Position numbers and translations under genes: made by a program | Assembly (NCBI GenBank): GCA_035574235.1 | Contig: DATLZA010000078.1 | Span: forward strand, 214-64,213 | Length of the DNA: 64,000 bases | Source: Planctomycetota bacterium | GTDB lineage: Bacteria > Planctomycetota > MHYJ01 > JACPRB01 | Direction: 5' to 3' | Part shown: positions 45,417 through 54,388 of the stretch, piece by piece | How positions within the stretch are numbered: position 1 is the stretch's first letter | Layout: every line of letters starts with the position of its first letter | Notes under the pieces: generated by a model | Databases searched by the model: none | Seen by the model: only the letters and a program-made list of their open reading frames with translations | What the model was told of the DNA's origin: nothing

Positions 45417-46493
45417 TCAGGCGCCGGTCACCTTGGGCAGCGCCGCGTCCTTTTCGATCTCCGCCTCGCGCGCAGGGATTACCTCGAGCAGCTTGTCCAC
45501 GATCTTGTCCGCGGTGACTCCCTCCGCCTCGGCGGTGAAGTTGGTGACGATGCGGTGCCGCAGGACGGGCCGGGCGATGGCGCGGACGTCCTCGATCGTG
45601 GCGTACGCCCGTCCCTGGAGGACGGCGCGCGCCTTGGCGCCGATGACGAGGTACTGGCTCGCGCGCGGACCCGCCCCCCAGTGAACCCATTCCTTGACGA
45701 AATCGGGCACCCCGCCCTCGCTCACCCGCGTGGCCCGCGCCAGGGCCATCGCGTACCGCACCACGTGGTCGGCCGCCGGGACGCGGCGCACGAGCTCCTG
45801 AAGCCGCAGAATTTCCTCGCCCGAAAGCACCGTCGTCAGCTTGTGCTCGAAGACGGAGGTGGTGAGTTTCACGATCTCCAGCTCCTCCTCCTCCGTCGGG
45901 TAGCCCACGTGGACCATGAACATGAAGCGGTCGAGCTGGGCCTCGGGGAGCGGATAGGTGCCTTCCTGCTCGATCGGATTCTGGGTGGCCAGGACGAAGA
46001 AGGGCTGCGGCAGCGGGTGGCGCTTGCCGCCGACCGTCACCTGAAGCTCCTGCATCGCCTCGAGAAGCGCCGCCTGCGTCTTGGGCGGCGTCCGGTTGAT
46101 CTCGTCGGCCAGGATGATGTTGGCGAAAATCGGACCCGGGATGAACCGCAGGGTCCGCTCGCCCGTGGACCGGTCCACGTCGATGACCTCCGTGCCGGTG
46201 ATGTCGCTCGGCATCAGGTCGGGCGTGAACTGGATGCGGCTGAAGGAAAGCGAGAGCGTCTGGGCCAGAGTACGGACGATGAGCGTCTTGGCCAGGCCGG
46301 GGACGCCCACCAGGAGCGCGTGGCCGCGCGAGAAGATGCACGTCAGAAGCTCATCCAGAACCCGCTCCTGCCCCACGATCACGCGGTGAAGTTCGTTCTT
46401 CAGCGAATCGTAGGCGGCCTTGAGCTTGCGGATCGTCTCGACGTCCGAGGAAGAGGAGGCGTTCTGGGAAAAGGCGGCGGCCAGCGGATCCAT
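45417..46493 (-). CDS. moxR: MoxR-family AAA+ ATPase
   Basis: Start at [10 protein letters not shown] (ATG 46493); the upstream 84 aa of the track ORF are non-coding. Matches [33 protein letters not shown], Walker [22 protein letters not shown], and the MoxR C-terminal lid. Confidence 0.9.
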   Translation of the reverse strand: MDPLAAAFSQNASSSSDVETIRKLKAAYDSLKNELHRVIVGQERVLDELLTCIFSRGHALLVGVPGLAKTLIVRTLAQTLSLSFSRIQFTPDLMPSDITGTEVIDVDRSTGERTLRFIPGPIFANIILADEINRTPPKTQAALLEAMQELQVTVGGKRHPLPQPFFVLATQNPIEQEGTYPLPEAQLDRFMFMVHVGYPTEEEELEIVKLTTSVFEHKLTTVLSGEEILRLQELVRRVPAADHVVRYAMALARATRVSEGGVPDFVKEWVHWGAGPRASQYLVIGAKARAVLQGRAYATIEDVRAIARPVLRHRIVTNFTAEAEGVTADKIVDKLLEVIPAREAEIEKDAALPKVTGA

Positions 46494-46577
46494 GCGTTCC
46501 TCCGGCAAATGCGGCAAAGTCAACCTACCAGAAGATTGTACGGCCCACAACCGAAAACCGTGAACGCCCGCGCCGGC

Positions 46578-46583
46578 TATAAT
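46578..46583 (+). promoter_or_regulatory. candidate -10 hexamer (TATAAT) for the BON-protein gene in the moxR/BON divergent intergenic region
   Basis: Exact TATAAT lies 32 nt upstream of the 46615 ATG in a 120-bp divergent region. No convincing -35 hexamer was seen. Weak. Confidence 0.2.
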
Positions 46584-46614
46584 TGTGGAAGGAGGGACGG
46601 GAACGGGGTGGGAC

Positions 46615-46908
46615 ATGACGGGTCGGATCGGCCTTCCGGCGCTGCTTCTGCTGGCGATGGCCGCCTGCTCCGCCCCGGCCACGGCCGGCGCCCGCGCGGG
46701 AGCGGACCAGGAGGTCGCCCGCTCCATCAACTGGGAGCTCCGCAAGGATCCCCGATTTGCCGAGGTCGTGGCCTACTGCGTGGACGGCGTCGTGCGGCTT
46801 CAGGGACGGGTCGCCGACACGGCCGCGGCCCAGGACGCGCTGCGGCTGGCCCGCGCGCGCGCCCGCGGCGGCCAGGTCCAGCTTCAGCTCGACGTCCGCC
46901 CCCGGTAG
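46615..46908 (+). CDS. BON-domain (OsmY-like) lipoprotein
   Basis: [21 protein letters not shown] signal peptide with lipobox. BON motif [31 protein letters not shown]...[10 protein letters not shown]. Confidence 0.65.
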   Translation: MTGRIGLPALLLLAMAACSAPATAGARAGADQEVARSINWELRKDPRFAEVVAYCVDGVVRLQGRVADTAAAQDALRLARARARGGQVQLQLDVRPR

Positions 46909-46964
46909 TCCGGCGGGGACCGCCGATTGACTCCCCCCGGGGGTTCGGTTAGGATCACGTTTCC

Positions 46965-48218
46965 ATGGCCGATTTCGCCTCCATCCCCGAGGTCCTCGAG
47001 GACATCCGCGCCGGCCGCATGGTCATCCTCGTGGACGACGAATCCCGCGAAAACGAGGGCGACCTCGTCATGGCCGCCGAGAAGGTCACCCCGGAGGCCG
47101 TCAATTTCATGGCCCGCCATGGACGCGGCCTCATCTGCCTGACCCTGACCCCGGAAAAGTGCGCCGCCCTGGACCTTCCCCCCATGGCGCCGCAGAATTC
47201 CTCCAAGTTCGGCACCGCCTTCACCGTCACGATCGACGCCGCGCAGGGGATCACCACCGGAATCTCCGCCCACGACCGCGCCCGCACCATTCTCACCGCC
47301 GTCGACGACCGCTGCGCGCCCGCCGACCTCGTGCGGCCCGGCCATGTCTACCCCATCCGCGCCCGAGAAGGGGGCGTCCTCGTGCGCGCCGGCCACACCG
47401 AGGGGTCCGTGGATCTGGCGCGCCTGGCCGGGCTCAAGCCCGCCGGCGTCATCTGCGAAATCATGAACGACGACGGCACCATGGCCCGCCTCCCCGACCT
47501 CCTCGCGTTCGCCCGCCGTCACGGGCTCAAGGTCGCCACCATCGCGCAGCTCATCGAGTACCGCCGCCGCAAGGAACGCCTCATCGAGCGCATCGTCGCC
47601 GTCCGCATGCCCACCCGGTTCGGCGACTTCCGCCTGCACCTCTACAAGTCCCGCGTGGACGATTACCTCCACGTCGCCCTCTGCAAGGGGGACGTCGGGG
47701 AGGAAAAGGACGGCGAAACCGTCGTCCAGACGGAACCCGTCCTCGTCCGGGTTCACTCCGAGTGCCTCACTGGCGATGTGTTCCATTCGCTCCGCTGCGA
47801 ATGCGGCGAACAGCTCGAAGCCGCCCTCGGCATGATCGAGCGCGCCGGACGGGGCGTCCTCCTCTACATCCGCCAGGAGGGGCGCGGCATCGGGCTCATC
47901 AACAAGCTGCGCGCCTACCACCTCCAGGACGAAGGCCACGACACCGTCGAGGCCAACGCCCGGCTCGGCCTGCCGGCGGATCTGCGCGAGTACGGCACCG
48001 GGGCCCAGATCCTCTACGACCTCGGCGTCCGCAAGATGCGCCTGCTCACCAACAATCCCAAGAAGGTCCACTCGATCGCCGGCTACGGGCTCGAGATCGT
48101 CGAACAGCTCCCCATCGAAATCCCCCCCAACGAACACAACCGCCGATACCTGCGGGCCAAACGCGACAAGCTCGGCCACACGTTCCGCCAGATCAACGAC
48201 CTCATCGAGGGTACCTGA
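46965..48218 (+). CDS. ribBA: bifunctional 3,4-dihydroxy-2-butanone-4-phosphate synthase / GTP cyclohydrolase II
   Basis: RibB signature ([22 protein letters not shown]) and RibA zinc/GTP motifs ([31 protein letters not shown]). Confidence 0.95.
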   Translation: MADFASIPEVLEDIRAGRMVILVDDESRENEGDLVMAAEKVTPEAVNFMARHGRGLICLTLTPEKCAALDLPPMAPQNSSKFGTAFTVTIDAAQGITTGISAHDRARTILTAVDDRCAPADLVRPGHVYPIRAREGGVLVRAGHTEGSVDLARLAGLKPAGVICEIMNDDGTMARLPDLLAFARRHGLKVATIAQLIEYRRRKERLIERIVAVRMPTRFGDFRLHLYKSRVDDYLHVALCKGDVGEEKDGETVVQTEPVLVRVHSECLTGDVFHSLRCECGEQLEAALGMIERAGRGVLLYIRQEGRGIGLINKLRAYHLQDEGHDTVEANARLGLPADLREYGTGAQILYDLGVRKMRLLTNNPKKVHSIAGYGLEIVEQLPIEIPPNEHNRRYLRAKRDKLGHTFRQINDLIEGT

Positions 48219-48221
48219 CCC

Positions 48222-49016
48222 GTGACCCCTCCTCCGCGCGGCTTCCTCTTCGTGGGCGGCCCCTGCGTCATCGAGTCCGAAGAGCACGCCCTCCGGCATG
48301 CTTCCGCGATCGCCGACATCTGCCGCGACCTCGGCGTGGACTGCGTCTACAAGAGCTCCTACGACAAGGCCAACCGCACCTCGGGGAAAACCTACCGCGG
48401 CCCCGGCCTCCCGGAAGGTCTCCGGATCCTCGAACGCGTCAAGGAGAAGCTCGGGCTGCGCGTGCTCACCGACGTCCACTCCCCCGAGGAGGCCCGCGAG
48501 GCCGCCCGCGTCGTGGACATCCTCCAGATTCCCGCGTTCCTGTGCCGGCAGACGGATCTCGTCCTGGCCGCCGCCGGGACCGGCCGCGCCGTCAACATCA
48601 AAAAGGGCCAGTTCATGGATCCCTGGTCCATGCGCAACATCCTCGAGAAGGCCCTGTCCACCGGAAATTCCGACATCTATCTCACCGAGCGCGGCACCAC
48701 GTTCGGCTACGGCCACCTGGTCGTAGACATGCGGGCCATCCCCATCATGAAATCCTTCGGCCGCCCCGTCCTCATGGACGCCGGCCACGCCGTTCAGCAG
48801 CCCGGCGGCCGCGGCAACGCCTCCGGAGGCATGCGGGAAATGATCCCCGTCCTCGCCCGCGCGGGAGTGGCCGCCGGCGCCGACGGGCTCTTCCTCGAAG
48901 TCCACGAGGACCCCGACCGCGCCCCAAGCGACGGCCCCAACATGCTGCGGCTGGCCGATCTGCCGGACCTGCTCCGCCAAGTCCTGGCCATCCACCGAAC
49001 CCTGAACGGCGCCTGA
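48222..49016 (+). CDS. kdsA: 3-deoxy-8-phosphooctulonate synthase (KDO-8-P synthase)
   Basis: GTG start 4 nt after the ribBA stop. Conserved KdsA regions [21 protein letters not shown] and [11 protein letters not shown]. Confidence 0.9.
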   Translation: MTPPPRGFLFVGGPCVIESEEHALRHASAIADICRDLGVDCVYKSSYDKANRTSGKTYRGPGLPEGLRILERVKEKLGLRVLTDVHSPEEAREAARVVDILQIPAFLCRQTDLVLAAAGTGRAVNIKKGQFMDPWSMRNILEKALSTGNSDIYLTERGTTFGYGHLVVDMRAIPIMKSFGRPVLMDAGHAVQQPGGRGNASGGMREMIPVLARAGVAAGADGLFLEVHEDPDRAPSDGPNMLRLADLPDLLRQVLAIHRTLNGA

Positions 49017-49025
49017 CGGAACCGG

Positions 49026-49451
49026 TTACTCCAGAAGCTGTACCGCGATCCCTCCGGGCCCCGCCTCGTCGGACGTGAAGCGGACGCGCACGGGCCGCTC
49101 CCCCTCCAGCACGAACCGGCTCGACCCCAGGAGACGCACCCCCGGCCGGCTGGGACGCACCTCGACGGTCCGCCGCCCCTCGAGCCCCACCGCCCGAATC
49201 TCGGCCTCCACCTCTTCCCCCACGGACGCCGCCGCGCGCAGAATCCGGATCTCGAGCAGGGGCCGCTCCGGCACGTCCGGCTCGAGAAACAGCCGCCGCC
49301 CCGACGGACCCTCCTCGTCCACCAGCCGCCACGCCGCCGGCGGCTCCGGAACGGCCGCACGAGGCGCGCACGAACCCGCGCCTCCGACGAGCACGACCGT
49401 CAATCCTCGAAGGGCTCGAACCGCGCGCCGGCACACCGCGGACAGGGACAT
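49026..49451 (-). CDS. hypothetical lipoprotein (141 aa)
   Basis: MSLSAVCRRAVRALRGLTVVLVGGAGSC with a lipobox-like sequence. Last ORF of a minus-strand run of secreted proteins. Its start overlaps the C-terminal end of the upstream frame by about 50 nt. Confidence 0.4.
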   Translation of the reverse strand: MSLSAVCRRAVRALRGLTVVLVGGAGSCAPRAAVPEPPAAWRLVDEEGPSGRRLFLEPDVPERPLLEIRILRAAASVGEEVEAEIRAVGLEGRRTVEVRPSRPGVRLLGSSRFVLEGERPVRVRFTSDEAGPGGIAVQLLE

Positions 49452-49529
49452 CGCAGAAGCTCGTCGATCTCCTCGATCCGATAATCCTCCGGCGAAGCCT
49501 CCAGGTCCGGGCGATCGCCGGCCTCCTGC

Positions 49530-50678
49530 TCACCGGGCCCGCCCACCGGCCCCCTCGCGCTTGACGTCGCATCCCCAGGGGCGCGTCTCCCGCTCGGCGG
49601 CGCGGCGGATCTCCTCCGCCCGCCGCGCCGCCAGGCGCTCCGCCGCGCGGCCGGCCGTCTCCGCGTCCGCCGCCGCCAGCGCCTCCGCCACCGCCTGGTG
49701 GAACCGCCGTTCCGCTTCGAACGTCTCCAGCAGACGCCCGATCTCATGACGCAGCTGCGCCCGTCGGCGCTCCAGCTCCGCCCGCAGCTCCGGCGCCGCC
49801 AGAAGCTCCGCCCCCTCGAGCGCCCGCTCCGCCTCGTGCGCTTCCCGCACCAGATCCGCCAGCGCCGCCGCGGACGCCAGGCTCCGCAGCACCGCCTGCC
49901 GCACGCCCGGATCGAGCGCCGCCACGCGCTCCACCTCCGCGCGCGACACCGGCCCCAGACCATCCAGCGGAGCCCTCCCGGGATCCCGCACGGCCCGTTC
50001 CCAAAGCTCCAGCCGCTCCCGGCGGCGCGCTTCGAACGCCTCGACCACCGCCGTGGCCCGCGATTCCGCCCGCATCGTCCCCGCGCCGATCGAAAAGGGG
50101 GGCACCAGCCGGTCCGGAAGCCCCAGCTCCTTGAGAAGATCGATTTCCTCCACCGGCCGCCCGTCCAGCCCCCGCACCCGCGCCGGCCGCCGGCATTCCT
50201 CCCGCGCGCGGTCGAGCGGCACCCCCTGCGCCGCCTTCTCCTCGAGGCATTCCTTGATGGCGCGGGCCCGCGAGCGCCGCTCCACTTCCTCCAGCGACTG
50301 CTCCAGCGCCCGGCAGGCGTCCAGCTCCGACCCCAGCATCGTCTGCGCCGTCACCCGGTAGTGCTTGATCGCGTCGCACACCGTGGGCGAGGCGTAGCAG
50401 GCCAGCACCAGCGCCGAGCCCGCCAGCTCCGCCTGAAGCGCCTTCAGGGTCCCCCCCAGGAACTCCTCCCGGACGTTGCGGTCGAAGAGACTCCGAAAGC
50501 TCGCCTTCACGTCGAACCGGTCGCAGGCGAAGTCCGGACCCACGGAGACCTCGACCGCCGCGCGCCGGGGCTTCACGTCCGAGTACTCCACGTCCGGCCC
50601 CAGCCGGCGCCGCCACGTCTTTTCGCGCTCGAGGAGATCCTGCGGCCAGAGAACCCCGAGCGCCAGCAGACTAATCAC
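49530..50678 (-). CDS. secreted hypothetical protein, possible TraH-like (F-type conjugal pilus-assembly TraH family) fold
   Basis: Signal peptide MISLLALGVLWPQ. N-region FACDRFDVKASFRSLFDRNVREEFLGG loosely resembles the TraH block CGGIDAYLGSFSFINGEQLQRF. Long coiled-coil C-half. The call is tentative and rests on adjacency to a TraF-like thioredoxin. An alternative frame continues to 49400 (...CPCPRCAGARFEPFED), hinting at a frameshift near 49530-49560. Confidence 0.45.
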   Translation of the reverse strand: MISLLALGVLWPQDLLEREKTWRRRLGPDVEYSDVKPRRAAVEVSVGPDFACDRFDVKASFRSLFDRNVREEFLGGTLKALQAELAGSALVLACYASPTVCDAIKHYRVTAQTMLGSELDACRALEQSLEEVERRSRARAIKECLEEKAAQGVPLDRAREECRRPARVRGLDGRPVEEIDLLKELGLPDRLVPPFSIGAGTMRAESRATAVVEAFEARRRERLELWERAVRDPGRAPLDGLGPVSRAEVERVAALDPGVRQAVLRSLASAAALADLVREAHEAERALEGAELLAAPELRAELERRRAQLRHEIGRLLETFEAERRFHQAVAEALAAADAETAGRAAERLAARRAEEIRRAAERETRPWGCDVKREGAGGRAR

Positions 50679-51150
50679 GTTCCAGCTCCCGGACGAGCGC
50701 CTCCCGCGGCGTAAGCCCCCGGAAGATCCGCCCGCCGACCACCATCGTGGGCGTCACCGAAACGGCGTACTCCTCCCAGAGCGGCGACCCTTCAGGCACC
50801 CGCTCCACCAACAGCCCCGCAAGCTCCCGCTCCTGGAGCGCGCAGAACCGGCAGCCGGGCCGCGCGAAGTAGAGGATCGCCGCCCGCTCGCGCAGCGCTT
50901 CGACCGCGGCCACCGCCCGCCGCAGCCGCTCCAGGCGCCGGCGCTGCCAGTCCACGTAGGCACGGGCGTTCTCGGGGCTGGGATCCTCGAGGAGCCGCCG
51001 CACGGGGGCGGGCGCGGCGGAATCCGTCCAGAGATCCTCGACGGCGCCCGCGGCCGGCCGCGCCTTCGTTCCCCAGAAATCGACCTCCCGGCCCTCGAAA
51101 AAGCGCCCCGCCCCGGGCCCGAGCGCCAGGAACGCGATCACCGCCCGCAC
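50671..51150 (-). CDS. TraF-like thioredoxin-fold protein (thiol-disulfide isomerase family)
   Basis: GTG start (VRAVIAFLALGPGAGRFFEG... signal peptide). CxxC motif ARPGCRFCALQ inside a thioredoxin-like segment YFARPGCRFC...VTPTMVVGG. The upstream 300 aa of the 50671..52065 track ORF are Arg/Gly-rich artefact. Confidence 0.55.
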   Translation of the reverse strand: MRAVIAFLALGPGAGRFFEGREVDFWGTKARPAAGAVEDLWTDSAAPAPVRRLLEDPSPENARAYVDWQRRRLERLRRAVAAVEALRERAAILYFARPGCRFCALQERELAGLLVERVPEGSPLWEEYAVSVTPTMVVGGRIFRGLTPREALVRELERD

Positions 51151-51500
51151 CGCAGAAGCTCCCCGACCGGCGCCGCGGTCCCGCAGGCCACGTGGATCCG
51201 CCCGCCGCGCCGCACCGCCACCGCCGGAAGCTCGCGCAGCCCCAGGCGCTCGGCCTGCCGGAGTCCTTCGGGATCCACCACGCGCACCTCGCCCGCCGCG
51301 GCCGCCGTGGAAAGAAACCCGGCCGAAGGTTCGCGCGCGCCGAAGTAGCGTTCCGCGAGCAGGACCGGCCGCGCGCGCCGGCCCCCGAGATCCCGGAAGA
51401 GCGCCGCCCCGTCCGGCGAATCGGGCGAAAAGAAAATCCAGACCTCGGGCTCCTCGGAGGGCCCGCCCAGGAGAAGCGCCGCCAGGAGCGTCCACCGCAT
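51138..51500 (-). CDS. small secreted hypothetical protein (120 aa)
   Basis: MRWTLLAALLLGGPSEEPEVWIFFSPDSPDG... signal peptide. Overlaps the downstream TraF-like gene by 13 nt. Possibly a second thioredoxin-like half (RIHVACGTAAP). Confidence 0.4.
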   Translation of the reverse strand: MRWTLLAALLLGGPSEEPEVWIFFSPDSPDGAALFRDLGGRRARPVLLAERYFGAREPSAGFLSTAAAAGEVRVVDPEGLRQAERLGLRELPAVAVRRGGRIHVACGTAAPVGELLRCGR

Positions 51501-51618
51501 GGAACCGAACCTCCTTTCCCATCCGAAGTGCGGCGCCCGGACGAAGACTCGACGCTTTCGTTTTCTCGGTCGAGTTCTCGCGGCATCCGGCCACGCCCAA
51601 GCGGAGGACGAGAGCGCG

Positions 51619-51816
51619 ATGTGGAGCGTCAAATCCGGAAAGCTCTACTGCGGCCCCGAGCCGGTGCCGGTCCGCCGGGTGGTCGTGGAGATCGTCGCCG
51701 GCCGGACGGAAGGGCCGATCGACGAGGCCCGGGCCCGGCACATGCTGCGCCTGGAGCGGGCGCTTTCGATCCGGGATCTGGCGGGCGGCCTGACCCGGCC
51801 CCCGCGGGGGCGGTAG
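51619..51816 (+). CDS. hypothetical small protein (65 aa)
   Basis: GGAGGA RBS 9 nt upstream of the ATG. Host-like very high GC3. MWSVKSGKLYCGPEPVPVRRVVVEIVAGRTEGPIDEARARHMLRLERA. No family recognised. Confidence 0.35.
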   Translation: MWSVKSGKLYCGPEPVPVRRVVVEIVAGRTEGPIDEARARHMLRLERALSIRDLAGGLTRPPRGR

Positions 51817-51969
51817 CCCTCCCGTTCTTTTCCGTTTTCGACGCCGGCGTTCCCTCGCGGAGCGCCGGCACCGCCGCCAGGGCGGCTCCGCTCCTCGGGG
51901 GGCGGTGCCGGGGCGGAAGCCCGGCATCGCTTCCTGGAAGGCGATGCCTTTCCGAGGAGGAGGACCTCC

Positions 51970-52071
51970 ATGAAGAAGGCCGTCAAGCGCCTCTTCGAGG
52001 TCACGGTGGACTGCGTCATTTTCGCCCTCCCGAAGCTGGTGGGCTGGGCGATCGGACGCCTTCACCGCTAG
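51970..52071 (+). CDS. 33-aa hydrophobic micro-protein upstream of the Ser/Thr kinase
   Basis: GAGGAGGAGGA RBS 5 nt before the ATG. GC3 about 28/32, matching the host. MKKAVKRLFEVTVDCVIFALPKLVGWAIGRLHR is basic at both ends with a single hydrophobic helix. Stop lies 25 nt before the kinase ATG. Confidence 0.4.
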   Translation: MKKAVKRLFEVTVDCVIFALPKLVGWAIGRLHR

Positions 52072-52096
52072 GTTCCGGGGCCGCCCGGCGGCCCCT

Positions 52097-53510
52097 TTTC
52101 GGCGTCATGAAGCGCGAATTCGGTCGCTACGAACTTCTGGAGGAGATCGGCCGGGGCGGCGCCGGGGCGGTGTACCGGGCGCTCGACCGCGAACTGGGCC
52201 GCGTGGTGGCGCTCAAGACGCTGCGCGATCCCGAACCGGGCCCGGCGGCACGGGAGCGTTTTTTGCGCGAAGCCCGCCTGGCCGCGCGCCTGGAGCATCC
52301 CCACATCGTGCGGATCTTCGAGGCCGGCGAGCACGAGGGACGCCCCTACTACACGATGCCGCTTCTCGAAGGAGCGCCGCTCCGGAGCCCTCTGGCTCCC
52401 GAGCGCGCCGCCGCGCTTCTGGCCCCGGTGGCCCGCGCGGTGGCGCATGCCCACGCCGCCGGGGTGGTGCACCGCGACCTCAAGCCGGAGAACATTCTTC
52501 TCTGTGCCGGAGGCCCCGTCGTCACCGATTTCGGAACCGCGCGGGCGGAAGACGACGTGCGCCTGACCGAGACGGGCGAGCTTCTGGGCACGCCCGCGTA
52601 CATGGCTCCGGAGCAGATCGCCGGCCGCGCGCACGAAGCGGGCCCGAAGGCGGACGTTTACGCCCTCGGGGCGATTCTCTTCGAGCTGGTGACGGGGCGG
52701 CTTCCCTACGAGGCGGAATCGTTCCTGGAGCTTTCCGCGCGGGTGCTCCACGATCCGGCTCCGGAGGCGCCGGGACTCGACCCGGGACTCGGGGAGCTGA
52801 TCCGTCGCTGTCTGGAGAAGGATCCGGAGGCGCGCCCGTCGGCCCTGGAGGCGGCGGACGCTCTGGAGCGGCGGGCGGCTTTCTCCCGGGAGACGGCCGG
52901 ACGGCGGCCCCGGGCGGCGGCGCTTCTGGCCGGCGCGGCGGCCCTGGCGGGCGCGGCCCTCTGGGCGGCCTCGCCGGCGCCGGAAGACGCGCCCGGCGAC
53001 ATGATCCGGATCCCCGCGGGGGTGTACATGATGGGAGATCCCAGGCTCGGCCGGCGCCCCGTGGCGCTGGAGGAGTTCTGGATCGATCGTTTCGAAGCGC
53101 CGGCCCGCGCGCAAGGGTATTCGTATCTCGACGCGGCGGCCTGGTGTCTCAAGCAGGGCAAGCGTCTTCCCACGGAGGAGGAATGGGAGGCGGCGGCGGG
53201 CGGGCGACTTTTCCCCTGGGGCGAGGCGGCGGACCCTTCGCGGGCTTCCTGCGGGGGCGCGCGCGGGCCCAATCCGCGCGACCGGAGCCCCTTCGGCTGC
53301 CAGGACATGGCGGGGCATCTGGCGGAATGGACGGCCACGCCCGGCGAGGTCGTTCCGGAGTCCCGCGTGGTTCGGGGCGGGGACTGGCAGTCCGGCCTGG
53401 AGGGATGCACCACGTGGACGCGGCGGGAGCTTCCGCTCGCGCGACGGCTCCCGACGCTCGGCGTGCGATGCGCGCGGTCCGCCTCTCCACCCGCGAAGGC
53501 GAGTCCCTGA
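52097..53510 (+). CDS. Ser/Thr protein kinase fused to a C-terminal formylglycine-generating-enzyme (FGE-sulfatase/SUMF1-like) domain
   Basis: Kinase subdomains GRGGAGAVYRA, VALK, HRDLKPENILL, DFGTA, APE. After a TM-like linker (AALLAGAAALAGAALWAA) the FGE-domain hallmarks follow: RIPAGVYMMGD, RGGDWQS, LGVRCAR. Confidence 0.85.
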
Positions 53511-53534
53511 GCGCCCGCCGCCGCCGGACGAACG

Positions 53535-53810
53535 CTAGACGATCCGGAACCCCTCGAGGCCGGGCTCCGGATCCTCCCAGGAAAGCTCGATCTTCGACAC
53601 CTGCGCCCGCGGCGGGCCCTGGGCGCACCAGCGGATCATCCCGTCCACCGCCTCGCGCGGGCCCTGAAACACCGCCTCCACCCGACCGTCCGGGAGATTG
53701 CGCACCCAGCCCGACAGCCCCCGCGCCTGCGCCTCCTCGCGGCACGTGGCCCGGTAGAAAACGCCCTGCACCCGCCCCGAAACGAAAAGATGCGCGCGAA
53801 CCATCCTCAC
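53535..53810 (-). CDS. acyP: acylphosphatase
   Basis: 91 aa with the acylphosphatase signature VSGRVQGVFYRATCREEAQARGLSGWVRNLPDGRVEAVFQG. Confidence 0.85.
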   Translation of the reverse strand: MRMVRAHLFVSGRVQGVFYRATCREEAQARGLSGWVRNLPDGRVEAVFQGPREAVDGMIRWCAQGPPRAQVSKIELSWEDPEPGLEGFRIV

Positions 53811-54388
53811 ATCCTGCGGAGCACCCCGACCACGACCCCTTGGATCTTCAGGCGTTCGGGACGATCGACGAAAAGCGGATCCACCGAAGGATTCGAAGGC
53901 TGAAGCCGCACGCCCCGCCCCTCCCGGTAGTAACGCTTGAGCGTGGCCTCCCGGCCGTCCAGAAGCGCCACCACCATTTCGCCGTCGCGCACGTCCGACC
54001 GGCGCTCGACGATCACGAAGTCGCCGTCGCAGATGTGATCCCCGATCATCGAGTCCCCGCGCACCTGGAGGGCGAAATACTCACGGCCCCGGCGCAGAAG
54101 ACCCGCCAGGTCGAGCTCCTCCGGCTGGGCGATCGCCTCCACGGGGCGTCCGGCCGCGATCCGCCCGACGACCGGCAGCCGCCGCGAAGGAATGAGCACC
54201 TCGATCCCCCGGCGGCGGTAATACCCGCGGCGGATGTGCCGGGATTTCTCCAGACGCCGCAGATGTCCCAGCACCGTGACCTTGCTCAGCCGGAGATGGT
54301 CGGCCATCTCCTGAAGGGTGGGCGAACAGCCCTTCCGGGCCGCGTAGTCCTCGATGAACCGGAGCACCTCGAACTGCCGGGGGGTCAC
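53807..54388 (-). CDS. lexA: LexA repressor (SOS regulator, S24 peptidase)
   Basis: N-terminal winged HTH (LTPRQFEVLRFIEDYAARKGCSPTLQEMADHL). Ala-Gly cleavage site in VVGRIAAGRPVEA. Catalytic Ser/Lys (VRGDSMIG ... LKRY). Confidence 0.9.
   Translation of the reverse strand: MTPRQFEVLRFIEDYAARKGCSPTLQEMADHLRLSKVTVLGHLRRLEKSRHIRRGYYRRRGIEVLIPSRRLPVVGRIAAGRPVEAIAQPEELDLAGLLRRGREYFALQVRGDSMIGDHICDGDFVIVERRSDVRDGEMVVALLDGREATLKRYYREGRGVRLQPSNPSVDPLFVDRPERLKIQGVVVGVLRRM

Noticed and set aside
35617-45684. Giant alternative-frame ORFs across the Bat operon (35617..39381, 36645..39830, 40049..42271, 42205..45684)
   Set aside because: These shadow the real minus-strand genes. Their translations are homopolymeric G/R/A/P runs with no motifs.
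46909-46964. FMN riboswitch upstream of ribBA
   Set aside because: The intergenic region is only 56 nt, too short for an RFN element, and lacks its conserved stems.
45555-49078. Long ORFs 45555..46952 (+) and 47159..49078 (+) overlapping moxR, ribBA and kdsA
   Set aside because: Out-of-frame shadows of well-supported genes: moxR on the opposite strand, ribBA/kdsA in another frame.
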